Virus record (IMG/VR): IMGVR_UViG_3300031963_006119
Direction: 5' to 3' (one strand)
Length of the DNA: 64,000 nt
Source of the DNA: a virus
Lineage: Duplodnaviria > Heunggongvirae > Uroviricota > Caudoviricetes
Position 1 is the stretch's first letter, and every line of letters begins with the position of its first letter. Shown here in pieces: positions 18,069 to 27,043 of this stretch. The notes beneath the pieces were generated by a model. That model was not told where the DNA came from. It did no database searches and worked only from the letters and a program-made list of their open reading frames with translations. The position numbers and the translations under genes were made by a program.

Positions 18069-20113
18069 TGATTAAAAAAATACTTTTAAGTCCATGGACT
18101 GCTCTATTAACTCTAGCGTTAGTAGTAGGCATACGAATAGCAGATCCTACATTCGTTGAAAGTGTAAGACTACGCTACTTTGATACATTAATTACTTCTA
18201 AAGCACCTACAGAAAATAACATCTATACAGTTAACATAGACGAAGCTGCTTTAGACAAATACGGCCAATGGCCATTACCCAGGGCAGAATATGCTAAAAT
18301 TATTAAAGATTTGTATGATCGTGGTGCTGGCCTTGTCGTTCTCAATGTGCTTATGGCTGAGCCTGATCGCACTGGTGGCGACTCAACTCTTGCCTCAGCT
18401 CTTAAACAATATCCTGTAGTACTAGGATCAGTGCCTGCTGATAAAACTAAAAATATACCACGCAACCCAGGCAGTGCTGTACTAGGGCCAGAGTGGTTAG
18501 ATCAAATTGTACAATACCCGGGCCTTATTGCTAACGTACCGCAGTTAGAAAATTCAGCAGCAGGAATTGGTATTGTATCAACTATGCCTGAAGTTGACGG
18601 AGTGAATCGTCGATTACCTCTTATCGTTGCAGTTGGCGATAAACTTTATCCTAGCATAGCTATGGAAACACTGCGAGTAGCAGCTGGCGATTCAACCTTT
18701 CAAATCAAACTTTTTGAAGGCGGTGTTGAAAAAATGCGTATACCTAAGTTTGGTCCTGTTACTACAGATAACTTAGGTCGGGTATGGATTGATTGGAGTC
18801 AACAAAGTAAAAATGTTAGTTTACTTGAGTTGCCTAAAAACCTAGATGGTGCTATTGTTATTGTTGGTCCAACCGCAGCTGGTATCAGTAATCCTGTACC
18901 AACCAGTATGGGTGCTGTATTCCCACATGCTGTGCAGGCTAGTGTTATTGCTACAATGATTAACGGTATAGTTATACAGAGACCAGATTATGCCAACGGT
19001 GTAGAAATCTTAACACTAGTATTAGCAGGTATACTATTATTATTCTTAACAAGGTGGACTTATGTTGGTATTATTTCAGGTGTTGTTATTATTGGGACTA
19101 GTGTATTCGCTGGCTCCTATGCTTATGCACAGTTTAGTTGGCTCTTCGATTCAACTGGTATTGTGGTCGGGCTTGTTCTGGTTATGCTTCATGCTTATGG
19201 CATTAAGTTTATAAGCGAGTTCTTACAGAAACAAGCAATCAAGAAACAATTTGCAGGCTATGCTAGCCCTACAGTAGTTAGACTGTTACAAGAAAATCCA
19301 GACTTAATTAAGAAGGGTGTTAAGAAAGAAGTCAGTATACTGTTCTCAGACTTACGCGGCTTTACACCCTTAGGTGAAAGTTTTGGAGATGACGTTGCAG
19401 GTCTTACAAAAATAATGAACGGCTACATGGATGCCATTACACAACCTGTACTAGATGCAGACGGTATGATTATTAAGTACATTGGTGATGCTAGTATGCA
19501 TATACATAATGCACCTATTGAAGATTTGAACCATCCTGCTACAGCAGTACGCACAGGATTGAAGATGCTTAAAGCAGTGGAGAAATTTAATGAAGAAATC
19601 ATTATACCTCAAGGAAGACCTGCCGTTGGCATGGGTGCTGGTATTAATACAGGGTTGGGATATATTGGAGAGATGGGATCAACTGCAAGACACAGCTACG
19701 ATGTACTAGGTGATGCTGTTAGTACTGCTGCCCGTATTGAAAGTAAATGTAAAGAGTATGGATGCTTGTTGCTAGTTGGCGGCGCAACAGTTGATCGCTG
19801 TGGAGATGACTTCTTCTTCCTTAAGATTGATGATCTTGCTGTAAAAGGTAAGAGTGTAGGAATTGCTATCTATACAGTATTAGATGATATCACTGATACG
19901 TATCATGTTGCTAAAAAAATACACGAATCAATGCACGGTGCATACAGAGGACAAAAGTTTAGTACGGCTATTAGCATGTGTAAACAACTAAAAGGTCAGT
20001 TTGACGGCAAAATGGACAAGTATTACGACATGTGGATAGAGCGTTGTGAGTTCCAGCAGACTCAAACTCTACCTAAAGATTGGAACGGCGTTTTTATAGC
20101 GACAAGTAAATAA
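18068..20113 (+). CDS. membrane CHASE2-sensor class III adenylate/guanylate cyclase
   Basis: N-terminal TM, periplasmic CHASE2-like region, 3-4 TM helices. Cyclase catalytic core ILFSDLRGFTPLGE...YIGDASM...GINTGLGYIGEMGS. Confidence 0.7.
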   Translation: MIKKILLSPWTALLTLALVVGIRIADPTFVESVRLRYFDTLITSKAPTENNIYTVNIDEAALDKYGQWPLPRAEYAKIIKDLYDRGAGLVVLNVLMAEPDRTGGDSTLASALKQYPVVLGSVPADKTKNIPRNPGSAVLGPEWLDQIVQYPGLIANVPQLENSAAGIGIVSTMPEVDGVNRRLPLIVAVGDKLYPSIAMETLRVAAGDSTFQIKLFEGGVEKMRIPKFGPVTTDNLGRVWIDWSQQSKNVSLLELPKNLDGAIVIVGPTAAGISNPVPTSMGAVFPHAVQASVIATMINGIVIQRPDYANGVEILTLVLAGILLLFLTRWTYVGIISGVVIIGTSVFAGSYAYAQFSWLFDSTGIVVGLVLVMLHAYGIKFISEFLQKQAIKKQFAGYASPTVVRLLQENPDLIKKGVKKEVSILFSDLRGFTPLGESFGDDVAGLTKIMNGYMDAITQPVLDADGMIIKYIGDASMHIHNAPIEDLNHPATAVRTGLKMLKAVEKFNEEIIIPQGRPAVGMGAGINTGLGYIGEMGSTARHSYDVLGDAVSTAARIESKCKEYGCLLLVGGATVDRCGDDFFFLKIDDLAVKGKSVGIAIYTVLDDITDTYHVAKKIHESMHGAYRGQKFSTAISMCKQLKGQFDGKMDKYYDMWIERCEFQQTQTLPKDWNGVFIATSK

Positions 20114-20114
20114 T

Positions 20115-20447
20115 TTACTTACCTGTACTGTCAAATTTCTGACTTTGGCTTTGATATTTGTTAATAATAAAATCTAATTCTGCTCGATCATCGTTATTAA
20201 GTTGTTGATCAAGCATTGTTTTGTGTTCTAGCACCATTGCTAGTTTTGTGTTCATGCGAATCATGTCGTTGTCTAACATTCGTACACGATCTACTAACTT
20301 AATCAGCGTACCCATTGTTTCACCTATGATAGGATCTATTTCCTCAGTTACCCACTTCCATATAAAGTAGATAAAATATCCCATGCCCATTGCGGCAATA
20401 ATAGGAAATCCATACTCATTAATTGCTTTTGCAATATCATCTAACAT
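20115..20447 (-). CDS. small membrane protein (opposite strand)
   Basis: 110 aa, one TM (FPIIAAMGMGYFIYFIW) plus coiled coil. Converges on the cyclase stop. Confidence 0.45.
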   Translation of the reverse strand: MLDDIAKAINEYGFPIIAAMGMGYFIYFIWKWVTEEIDPIIGETMGTLIKLVDRVRMLDNDMIRMNTKLAMVLEHKTMLDQQLNNDDRAELDFIINKYQSQSQKFDSTGK

Positions 20448-20725
20448 TAGTCTCTCCTTGCATCGTTCTTACCTTCGTTAGCCGCAATTCGGTCTACGTT
20501 AGGTTTTACTTTTAGTGCATAGCTCATGAGAGCATCGATCTTTACTAGATCGTTGTTCATAGTTTGTACACGATTATCAAGCTGTGCAATAATGTTTTTT
20601 AGTGTTTTTACTGATCCAGTAACGCCCGCTAGAATAAACTTCAGCGAGATAAACACAAAGATTCCGGCCGCTAGTGCCCCTGCGATCGGAAATCCAACAT
20701 CTCCTACTAATGTTAGAAAATCCAT
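20447..20725 (-). CDS. small membrane protein (opposite strand)
   Basis: 92 aa, N-terminal TM (FPIAGALAAGIFVFISL) then coiled-coil. Stop/start overlap with 20115-20447. Confidence 0.45.
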   Translation of the reverse strand: MDFLTLVGDVGFPIAGALAAGIFVFISLKFILAGVTGSVKTLKNIIAQLDNRVQTMNNDLVKIDALMSYALKVKPNVDRIAANEGKNDARRD

Positions 20726-20825
20726 AAAAAAAGCCCCCTACGCTCTGCTATTGTATTTAGCTGTAGCCACTCCAAAAATTAGAATTTGGTAAATACAATG
20801 ACACTTTTAGTTCAAAGGAGAGGGA

Positions 20826-21110
20826 ATGAACAGTGACTTAAAACTATTTAAATGGATAATACTACTTCTAGCGTTACCGTTAGGATTAGCATATTTCAGC
20901 GATGGTGATAGATTCCGTTACCCATGCCAAAACCCAGACAATTGGGAGAAAGCAGAATGTCAGCTACCGAGATGTGATGTAACACGAACATGCCCGGAGC
21001 ATATATTCAAAGGCGGTAGAGATCCTAGACTAGGACCACCAAAGGACGGGGATACTCCAGCAATGAGTAAACCAGCTACTTCAAAAATTGATATTAAGGA
21101 ATGCAAATAA
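20826..21110 (+). CDS. small secreted Cys-containing protein
   Basis: RBS GGAGAGGGA, signal peptide, 4 Cys. Confidence 0.4.
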   Translation: MNSDLKLFKWIILLLALPLGLAYFSDGDRFRYPCQNPDNWEKAECQLPRCDVTRTCPEHIFKGGRDPRLGPPKDGDTPAMSKPATSKIDIKECK

Positions 21111-21667
21111 TGGAACTACTAAAAAAATTCACTAAAAAAGATGAAGATACAGGAGAACACTTTATCTATACTGAAGAGCAATTAATGGCTCGCTTAAAAT
21201 TCTTTATCGGTATTTGTCTATCACTGACACTATTCGGTATTGTATTTGTTGTGCTGTATTCATTAATATTTGTAACACAGCCTTTAAACGCAATTAGTCC
21301 AATTGATCAAAAATTCTTTGAATTAATTATTCCAATTGCTACATTCTTAACAGGTACACTAAGTGGTATTATGTTAGCAGGTGGTGATAAAGATCTAAGA
21401 GCCAAAGCATTAGATGCAGCTAATAAAGCACCTACAGTAAGCCCAGCACCAACAACACCTGCACCTAGCGGATTTAGTGCTAGTGCAAGTTTTGGCGGAG
21501 CAACTGCTAGTTTCAATAAGCCAGCAGCCCCAAGTTTTGGCGCACAGCCATTAGGTGGTACTCCAATGAGTGCTGTACCAAGTTGGGGGACTATTCCAAC
21601 TTCAACACCTATGATGAGTGCTACAGGCAAACCGATGCCAGTACAAGATCCAGAACCAGAACTGTAA
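21101..21667 (+). CDS. membrane protein with Ala/Pro/Ser-rich C-terminal low-complexity tail
   Basis: Two TM helices then APTVSPAPTTPAPSGFSASASFGG... tail. Confidence 0.4.
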   Translation: MQIMELLKKFTKKDEDTGEHFIYTEEQLMARLKFFIGICLSLTLFGIVFVVLYSLIFVTQPLNAISPIDQKFFELIIPIATFLTGTLSGIMLAGGDKDLRAKALDAANKAPTVSPAPTTPAPSGFSASASFGGATASFNKPAAPSFGAQPLGGTPMSAVPSWGTIPTSTPMMSATGKPMPVQDPEPEL

Positions 21668-21679
21668 ACTTATTAGTTC

Positions 21680-21712
21680 AAAAAAAAGGCCCGAAGGGGC
21701 CTTTTTTAATGA
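21680..21712 (+). terminator. rho-independent terminator
   Basis: AAAAAAAAGGCCC-GAAG-GGGCCTTTTTT. Confidence 0.7.
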
Positions 21713-21903
21713 CTGCTATTTTTCTTTATTGATTCCTTCAATGATCGTTATTAAAAAATACAATGAAAAACTGCTGGATAGTAGTTGATTTCTATTGTAA
21801 ATACATGTATAATAAACTTGTTCAGGTAGAAAACTCAGTATTTACACTGAGGTAATTTTAAACTGATAATTATTATTTCATGACACACACTAAGGAGAAG
21901 TAT

Positions 21904-22443
21904 ATGAAAACAGTTGGTGATAAACTAGAAAAATTTGCAGTCACAGGTGTTAAGCCAGGACAACCAGAAGATGCGTTCTTTGAAATTACAGACGAGAGTT
22001 TTGCAGGAAAATGGAAAGTAATCGTTTACTATCCAAAAGATTTTACATTTGTTTGCCCTACAGAAATTGTAGCCTACGACAAATTGGCACAAGACTTTGC
22101 TGATCGCGATGCAGTATTGCTCACAGGTAGCACAGACAATGAGTTCTGCAAAGTTAGCTGGCAAAATGCTCACGCAGATCTAAAGAAAATTACTCATACA
22201 CAATTTGCTGATACACAGCGTGGCGAGTTGAGCTTGATTGAACAGTTGGGCGTGTTCTACGCACCAGCAGGTGCCGCACTTCGTGCAACATTCATCGTTG
22301 ATCCAAACAATGAAATCCAACACGTTACTGTTAACAACTTAAACGTTGGTCGTAGCCCAGAAGAAACACTTCGTGTATTGGATGCGCTACAAACTGGCGA
22401 ACTTTGCGCTTGTAATCGCACAGTCGGGGGAGAGACTCTATAA
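21904..22443 (+). CDS. peroxiredoxin (AhpC/TSA family)
   Basis: RBS AAGGAGAAG. Peroxidatic motif DFTFVCPTEI. Resolving Cys near C-terminus (GELCAC). Confidence 0.75.
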   Translation: MKTVGDKLEKFAVTGVKPGQPEDAFFEITDESFAGKWKVIVYYPKDFTFVCPTEIVAYDKLAQDFADRDAVLLTGSTDNEFCKVSWQNAHADLKKITHTQFADTQRGELSLIEQLGVFYAPAGAALRATFIVDPNNEIQHVTVNNLNVGRSPEETLRVLDALQTGELCACNRTVGGETL

Positions 22444-22856
22444 TGTTAGACTGCCTAATAGTAGGTGATAGCATTGCAGTTGGTACAGCAATGGCTAGAC
22501 CAGAGTGCGTAAGTTATTCAAAAGGTGGATGGAACAGTTGGCAATGGAACAAAGATTATTTGTCTAAAGCCTCCTCACAACCTGCTAAAACTATTATTAT
22601 TAGTCTAGGAGCCAATGATCACAAAGGCGTCAAGACAGAAGCAGAACTTCGTAAAATGCGAGAAGCTGTTAAGGGCGATCGAGTATTTTGGATTGACCCT
22701 GGACAAGATCGTAAACCTATTCCGCACGATGCTATTGTACGCATTGCCAAAGAATACGGTGATGTGATATTGCCTAGACCAAAAAGCCATATGAGTGCAG
22801 ACGGAATCCATCCTACTGGACGTGGATATAAAATCTTAGGAGATCAAACACGATGA
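22443..22856 (+). CDS. SGNH/GDSL-like hydrolase
   Basis: N-terminal block IVGDSIAVG (GDS(L)-type), about 137 aa. Confidence 0.45.
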   Translation: MLDCLIVGDSIAVGTAMARPECVSYSKGGWNSWQWNKDYLSKASSQPAKTIIISLGANDHKGVKTEAELRKMREAVKGDRVFWIDPGQDRKPIPHDAIVRIAKEYGDVILPRPKSHMSADGIHPTGRGYKILGDQTR

Positions 22857-23359
22857 GTTTTATTGAAACAATAAAAGGCGCACTACCAGACTATGCAAAG
22901 GATACCAAGTTAAATCTTGATGCTGTTTTAGTACGCAGTACACTAGACGCAGATGTAGCCTTGGGTTGTGCTGTGGCTGCACTAGCCGCAACAGGTAACG
23001 GCAAGGTACTAAGCATCCTGTTAGCAGATGCTCCTGTACATGCAGAGTCAGCAATGACAGCCGCAAGCATTATGGCACAGAACAACGTGTGGTACCCATT
23101 CGTTGAGATGGCTGATGATCCTGCACTCAAAGGATTGCCTGCTCAGTTACGTATGAACGCTATTGCAAGTCACGGCGGAACAACTAAAGCAAACTTTGAA
23201 GCATTTAGTTTGGCTGCTAGTATTGTGGGCAAGTGTCACTTCTGTGTTAAGGCACATTACGAGACATTGAAGACAGAAGGATACACTGTTGAACAGCTTC
23301 GTGACATTGGTCGTATTGCTAGTGTGATGAACTCAGTTGCTAAGGTTTTGAATAGCTAA
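22853..23359 (+). CDS. AhpD-family alkylhydroperoxidase / carboxymuconolactone decarboxylase-like protein
   Basis: CxxC-type core KCHFCVKAH as in AhpD. Follows the peroxiredoxin gene. Confidence 0.55.
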   Translation: MSFIETIKGALPDYAKDTKLNLDAVLVRSTLDADVALGCAVAALAATGNGKVLSILLADAPVHAESAMTAASIMAQNNVWYPFVEMADDPALKGLPAQLRMNAIASHGGTTKANFEAFSLAASIVGKCHFCVKAHYETLKTEGYTVEQLRDIGRIASVMNSVAKVLNS

Positions 23360-23473
23360 TTTCACGATAGTGAATTAATGATTTTCACTATGTACTTTAG
23401 GTAGTTTTGTCAGTATAATGTTTATAAGTACTAATGCAAGACAGTACTTATTTCATTAACAAGGAGAACTATT

Positions 23474-23545
23474 ATGTGGACAACACCAACAGCAACTGAT
23501 ATGCGTTTTGGTTTCGAAATCACAATGTACGTGATGAATCGTTAA
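23474..23545 (+). CDS. pqqA: PqqA-like 23-aa precursor peptide
   Basis: RBS AAGGAGAA 7 nt upstream. MWTTPTATDMRFGFEITMYVMNR versus the canonical PqqA [23 protein letters not shown]: W2, P5, D9, R11, G13, E15, T17, Y19 and NR end conserved. Followed by terminator. Confidence 0.6.
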   Translation: MWTTPTATDMRFGFEITMYVMNR

Positions 23546-23562
23546 TAGTAAAAATGTTCTAG

Positions 23563-23597
23563 AAAGCTGCCCCACTTCGGTGGGGTTCTTTTTGACT
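23563..23597 (+). terminator. rho-independent terminator
   Basis: AAAGCTGCCCCAC-TTCG-GTGGGGTTCTTTTT. Confidence 0.65.
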
Positions 23598-23626
23598 TAA
23601 TGTTTAAATAATGTTATAGTTATCTT

Positions 23627-24169
23627 ATGATTGAATACGAATATTACGACTGGAATAATCTCATTGGTCCAAACCAACGAGAAAAATATGTCACCAACAT
23701 CCGACGGTTGGTAGCTGACGGACAATATTGGACAAATAGTCCTCGATATCAAACAAATGTAAATATTTTTGGATTACCTGGAGAAGAATGGACTAATCTA
23801 AAAATGAGTTTTATTTGGAGTTGTTTTGCTTATCTAAAAAGAGACGTTCCAATTAAAACAATTAAAAGCTGGGGGTATATGACATCACTGTCCTACACCG
23901 TAGAAGATAGAAATACTTATTGGCATCAGCATCTTAGACAAGATTCTAAAGTTATAAGCGGAGTATACTATCTTCAATTACCATCAGGTGTTGATATGTC
24001 AACTGCTGGAACCGAGTTCGCTCCGCAAGGGCCAGAAAACCCTGGACATCACTTCGCTGAAGCTCGAATAGGGCATTGGATCATTTGGCCCGGAAAAACT
24101 TGGCATCGTCCAGGAATTCTGCAGAGTCAAGAAGATCGCTTTATTGTTGCGGCTGATTTAGAGTTTTAA
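23627..24169 (+). CDS. 2OG-Fe(II) oxygenase superfamily protein (paralog of 7583-8161)
   Basis: Shares WHQHL...SGVYYLQLP...IWPGKTWHRP pattern with the 7583 ORF. Confidence 0.45.
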   Translation: MIEYEYYDWNNLIGPNQREKYVTNIRRLVADGQYWTNSPRYQTNVNIFGLPGEEWTNLKMSFIWSCFAYLKRDVPIKTIKSWGYMTSLSYTVEDRNTYWHQHLRQDSKVISGVYYLQLPSGVDMSTAGTEFAPQGPENPGHHFAEARIGHWIIWPGKTWHRPGILQSQEDRFIVAADLEF

Positions 24170-24184
24170 TATAAGTACTTAATC

Positions 24185-24406
24185 ATGGAGAAAAAAATGG
24201 AAGAAAAAGAAGCTAAACGCTGGGTATTTAAAGCAGAGGATATTTTTGAGGACATTCCCACAGATCCTGAGAACTGTCTAATGAAAATTCCTGAAGAAGT
24301 ATCTAATGCTATAGGGCTAGCACCTGGCGATCGAGTAAAAGTTTTATGGGGTGATCAGGGCACTATTATTATAGAAAAGGCAAAAGAAACAGATGCCAAA
24401 GAATGA
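24185..24406 (+). CDS. hypothetical small acidic protein
   Basis: RBS GGAGAAAAAAATG; 73 aa. Confidence 0.4.
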   Translation: MEKKMEEKEAKRWVFKAEDIFEDIPTDPENCLMKIPEEVSNAIGLAPGDRVKVLWGDQGTIIIEKAKETDAKE

Positions 24407-24614
24407 CGATCTACTAGAAGTTGAGGGCGAAATAGTAGAGGTTTTACCAAATCAAACATTTAACGTACTATTAGATGTGAACAAAAGCATGATTGTCTGC
24501 TACACCAGCGGACGTATGCGTCAAAACAAAATCCGATTAGTAGCAGGAGATCGTGTAAAAGTAGAAATGAGCTCATACGATCTATCCAAAGGACGTATTT
24601 CATTCCGTATATAA
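24393..24614 (+). CDS. infA: translation initiation factor IF-1 homolog
   Basis: LEVEGEIVEVLPNQTFNVLLDVNKSMIVCYTSGRMRQNKIRLVAGDRVKVEMSSYDLSKGRISFR aligns along its length with bacterial IF-1 (S1-like OB fold; ..G.V.E.LPN..F.V.L.NG......SGKMR.N.IR...GD.V.VE...YDLSKGRI.FR). Confidence 0.8.
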   Translation: MPKNDDLLEVEGEIVEVLPNQTFNVLLDVNKSMIVCYTSGRMRQNKIRLVAGDRVKVEMSSYDLSKGRISFRI

Positions 24615-24709
24615 TATTGGGTTTTAACTCCGATAAACTTGACTGTTAATTTTTTTCGTGTAAAGTGTAAATACAGTAGTGAATAGTTCTACTGTTTTGG
24701 AGAAGTACC

Positions 24710-25228
24710 ATGCAGATCTACACCAAAGGAAGTACACGAAAAACCCAAAAAATCGTTAAGGATTTGACTCGCTTCTGCGCAGAAATGCTCATGAGCAAGC
24801 GCCTTGCAGACGGTTTGTTGATCCGTATAGAATTTATTAAAGATCTTGACAATCAGTATGATGGCGATTGCGAGTATGTTGATGAAGAATCCCGCCCAAA
24901 AGAGTTCCTTATTAGAGTTAACAACTCATTAAAATTAAGCAAAAAACTTAGAACCATATGCCATGAAATGGTACATGTAAAACAGTATGCAACAGGTGAA
25001 ATGAAATACATGAGCCGTCCTGCCCGTTTTACCAAATTCCAAGGCACACTTTACCCAGACGAATTTGACTATTGGGATAGTCCGTGGGAAATTGAAGCAT
25101 TTGGACGTGAACCCGGATTGTATACCAGATGGATCGATTCTAGAGGTCATACCAAAAACATCATTTTTGACACACGTCACGTAGACGACGATATAACTTC
25201 TGAAGAGATAGAATATATTAAAGGTTGA
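24710..25228 (+). CDS. HExxH zinc metallopeptidase-like protein (paralog of 30933-31337)
   Basis: ICHEMVHVKQYATGE motif; same HEMVHV block in 30933 ORF. Confidence 0.45.
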   Translation: MQIYTKGSTRKTQKIVKDLTRFCAEMLMSKRLADGLLIRIEFIKDLDNQYDGDCEYVDEESRPKEFLIRVNNSLKLSKKLRTICHEMVHVKQYATGEMKYMSRPARFTKFQGTLYPDEFDYWDSPWEIEAFGREPGLYTRWIDSRGHTKNIIFDTRHVDDDITSEEIEYIKG

Positions 25229-25287
25229 CTGCCGTTTAGATTGATACTATAATATGTACTGTTATAGGCAACTACTAAAGGCAACAC

Positions 25288-26487
25288 ATGGCTTACCCAA
25301 AAAAAGTAACTGATCTTTTTGGACAAGATCTTTTCAAACTACTTGGTCCCAAAAAAGATCGCGTTCAATGGAACTCGCTCTCTTTCAAAGAAAAAGAAGA
25401 GCGTATCAAACACATCCCCGTTTATATTAGTACTCGTAGACTAGGTAAAACTCCTAGCTTTGAAGACATGTTAGTGGAGTGCTTCCGTGTGCTATCAAAT
25501 CTTGGATCAAACAATCCGTTGCGTGGAATTGACTTGCCCGAATTAAACAGTCTACTGAATGCAAGCAGTATTCATAATACTCCACCATTAAATTACTTTG
25601 GCGGGCTAACTAAAGTTGAAGAACTATACAAGAACGCAGAAAAACAAAGAGATATTTTTCTGAAACACATTCTTGTTGATCTAGTGTTTCAATTTGAACC
25701 CGGACTAGTATTTCCAGGTGTGGGGCGAAAAGATTCGCAAGGACGCATCTTTGTTAATGATGCCCAACACCGTACACTAGCATGTATGTTTTTTGGAATT
25801 GAAGAAGTTCCTCTTAACTACATCCTAAGTGACGACGAATACTGGGACGTTCAACAATATGCGGCTATCAATATTAATAGTCTGCAATGTTCTGACTTTG
25901 ACAAGTTTCGTATTCGTGTGCAACGAGGCGAAGCAAGCGTACAGGCTAAGTTCTCTGTTGATCCTGAAGACCAACTATGCATGGACATGAATGATGTGTT
26001 TCAACGCAACGATATTATTGTAGTTGAAAAGGGTGACAAAGAAGTAAGCATTAACAGCAAGGTGCTAACAGGTATTGGTAACATGGTCAAGTACTGGAAA
26101 GACTACGGCCCTAGCATTTCTACTCGTGCTATTGAGCTAAATGCTGTGATGTTCCCTACCAGCACATTTCAAACTGCTAATAGCTGGGGGCTGATGGAGT
26201 TTCTTAAAGCGCAGGATAACACTATTAATCCTATGCTAATGGACTATGCTATTCAGCAGGCAATTAAAACTTGGTTGCCCAAAGACAATCATGGTAACAA
26301 ACTGCACGATCAAATTAAAAAGAAGTGCAAAGAAGATAACGAAATCAATTCTATCCGTTTTGAGCCTATGGTGATTGCTGAAGGTATTCGACAGCTCTGC
26401 GAAGCCTACGGTGGCCCTGTAACCTGGAACTGGAATGAGCCACAGTGGACTGAAGAAAAGTTTGAGTTTGAATTGGACCTTGTTTAA
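25288..26487 (+). CDS. hypothetical protein
   Basis: 399-aa ORF, no recognised motif. Confidence 0.45.
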   Translation: MAYPKKVTDLFGQDLFKLLGPKKDRVQWNSLSFKEKEERIKHIPVYISTRRLGKTPSFEDMLVECFRVLSNLGSNNPLRGIDLPELNSLLNASSIHNTPPLNYFGGLTKVEELYKNAEKQRDIFLKHILVDLVFQFEPGLVFPGVGRKDSQGRIFVNDAQHRTLACMFFGIEEVPLNYILSDDEYWDVQQYAAININSLQCSDFDKFRIRVQRGEASVQAKFSVDPEDQLCMDMNDVFQRNDIIVVEKGDKEVSINSKVLTGIGNMVKYWKDYGPSISTRAIELNAVMFPTSTFQTANSWGLMEFLKAQDNTINPMLMDYAIQQAIKTWLPKDNHGNKLHDQIKKKCKEDNEINSIRFEPMVIAEGIRQLCEAYGGPVTWNWNEPQWTEEKFEFELDLV

Positions 26488-26981
26488 TGTGCAATGACTA
26501 TACAAAAGTCAATGCTCTGATTGAGGAACGCAAGCAGAATCCCTTCAAAGGGTTGTGTGAAGCTACATACATCAGCGACAGAATTTATTCTGAATTTGCA
26601 AAACGCAAAGATCTTAAATGGGTCAAAGTTCAAGATCTTAGACTCAAGTATCGTTGGTCAGATGCAGAGGCTCAGCTGATGTATGCTAAAACTCTAGACG
26701 GTTGGACGGACGGAGTTGGTGTTTACAGATTGTTTGACTTTGGTAAAGGTGAAAACAAAGTAGTTAAAGAAGATGGCATTGATAAACTGTTTCACGAACC
26801 TCAGCATGATCATATTGTTAGTCGAGACGAAGCTAAACAATTGGGCTGGACTGATGAACAAATTAATCATCCAAATAATTTGCAGTACATTAGTGCTATC
26901 CAAAATTTTATGAAAAGAAACTTTACCAAAAACATGTGGGAAGCAGTAAGTCCAACAGTGGGCAATCTTTTCAAAAAATAA
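26487..26981 (+). CDS. hypothetical protein (possible HNH-like)
   Basis: ATG overlapping previous stop; HEPQHDHIVSRDEAK resembles an HNH core weakly. Confidence 0.4.
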   Translation: MCNDYTKVNALIEERKQNPFKGLCEATYISDRIYSEFAKRKDLKWVKVQDLRLKYRWSDAEAQLMYAKTLDGWTDGVGVYRLFDFGKGENKVVKEDGIDKLFHEPQHDHIVSRDEAKQLGWTDEQINHPNNLQYISAIQNFMKRNFTKNMWEAVSPTVGNLFKK

Positions 26982-26982
26982 C

Positions 26983-27011
26983 TTGACAGCTAACATATTT
27001 GAGTATATAAT
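26983..27011 (+). promoter_or_regulatory. sigma70-like promoter TTGACA-17-TATAAT
   Basis: TTGACA 26983-26988, TATAAT 27006-27011. Confidence 0.5.
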
Positions 27012-27043
27012 ATACACATTACTTAGGCATTGAGAGGCATACT

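Noticed and set aside
21307-21630. Minus-strand ORFs antisense to + strand genes (for example 21307-21630, 12334-12630, 16173-16511, 28375-29025, 35890-36216)
   Set aside because: They are fully embedded antisense to well-supported + strand CDS with strong coding signals and have no RBS. They are typical low-complexity mirror ORFs.
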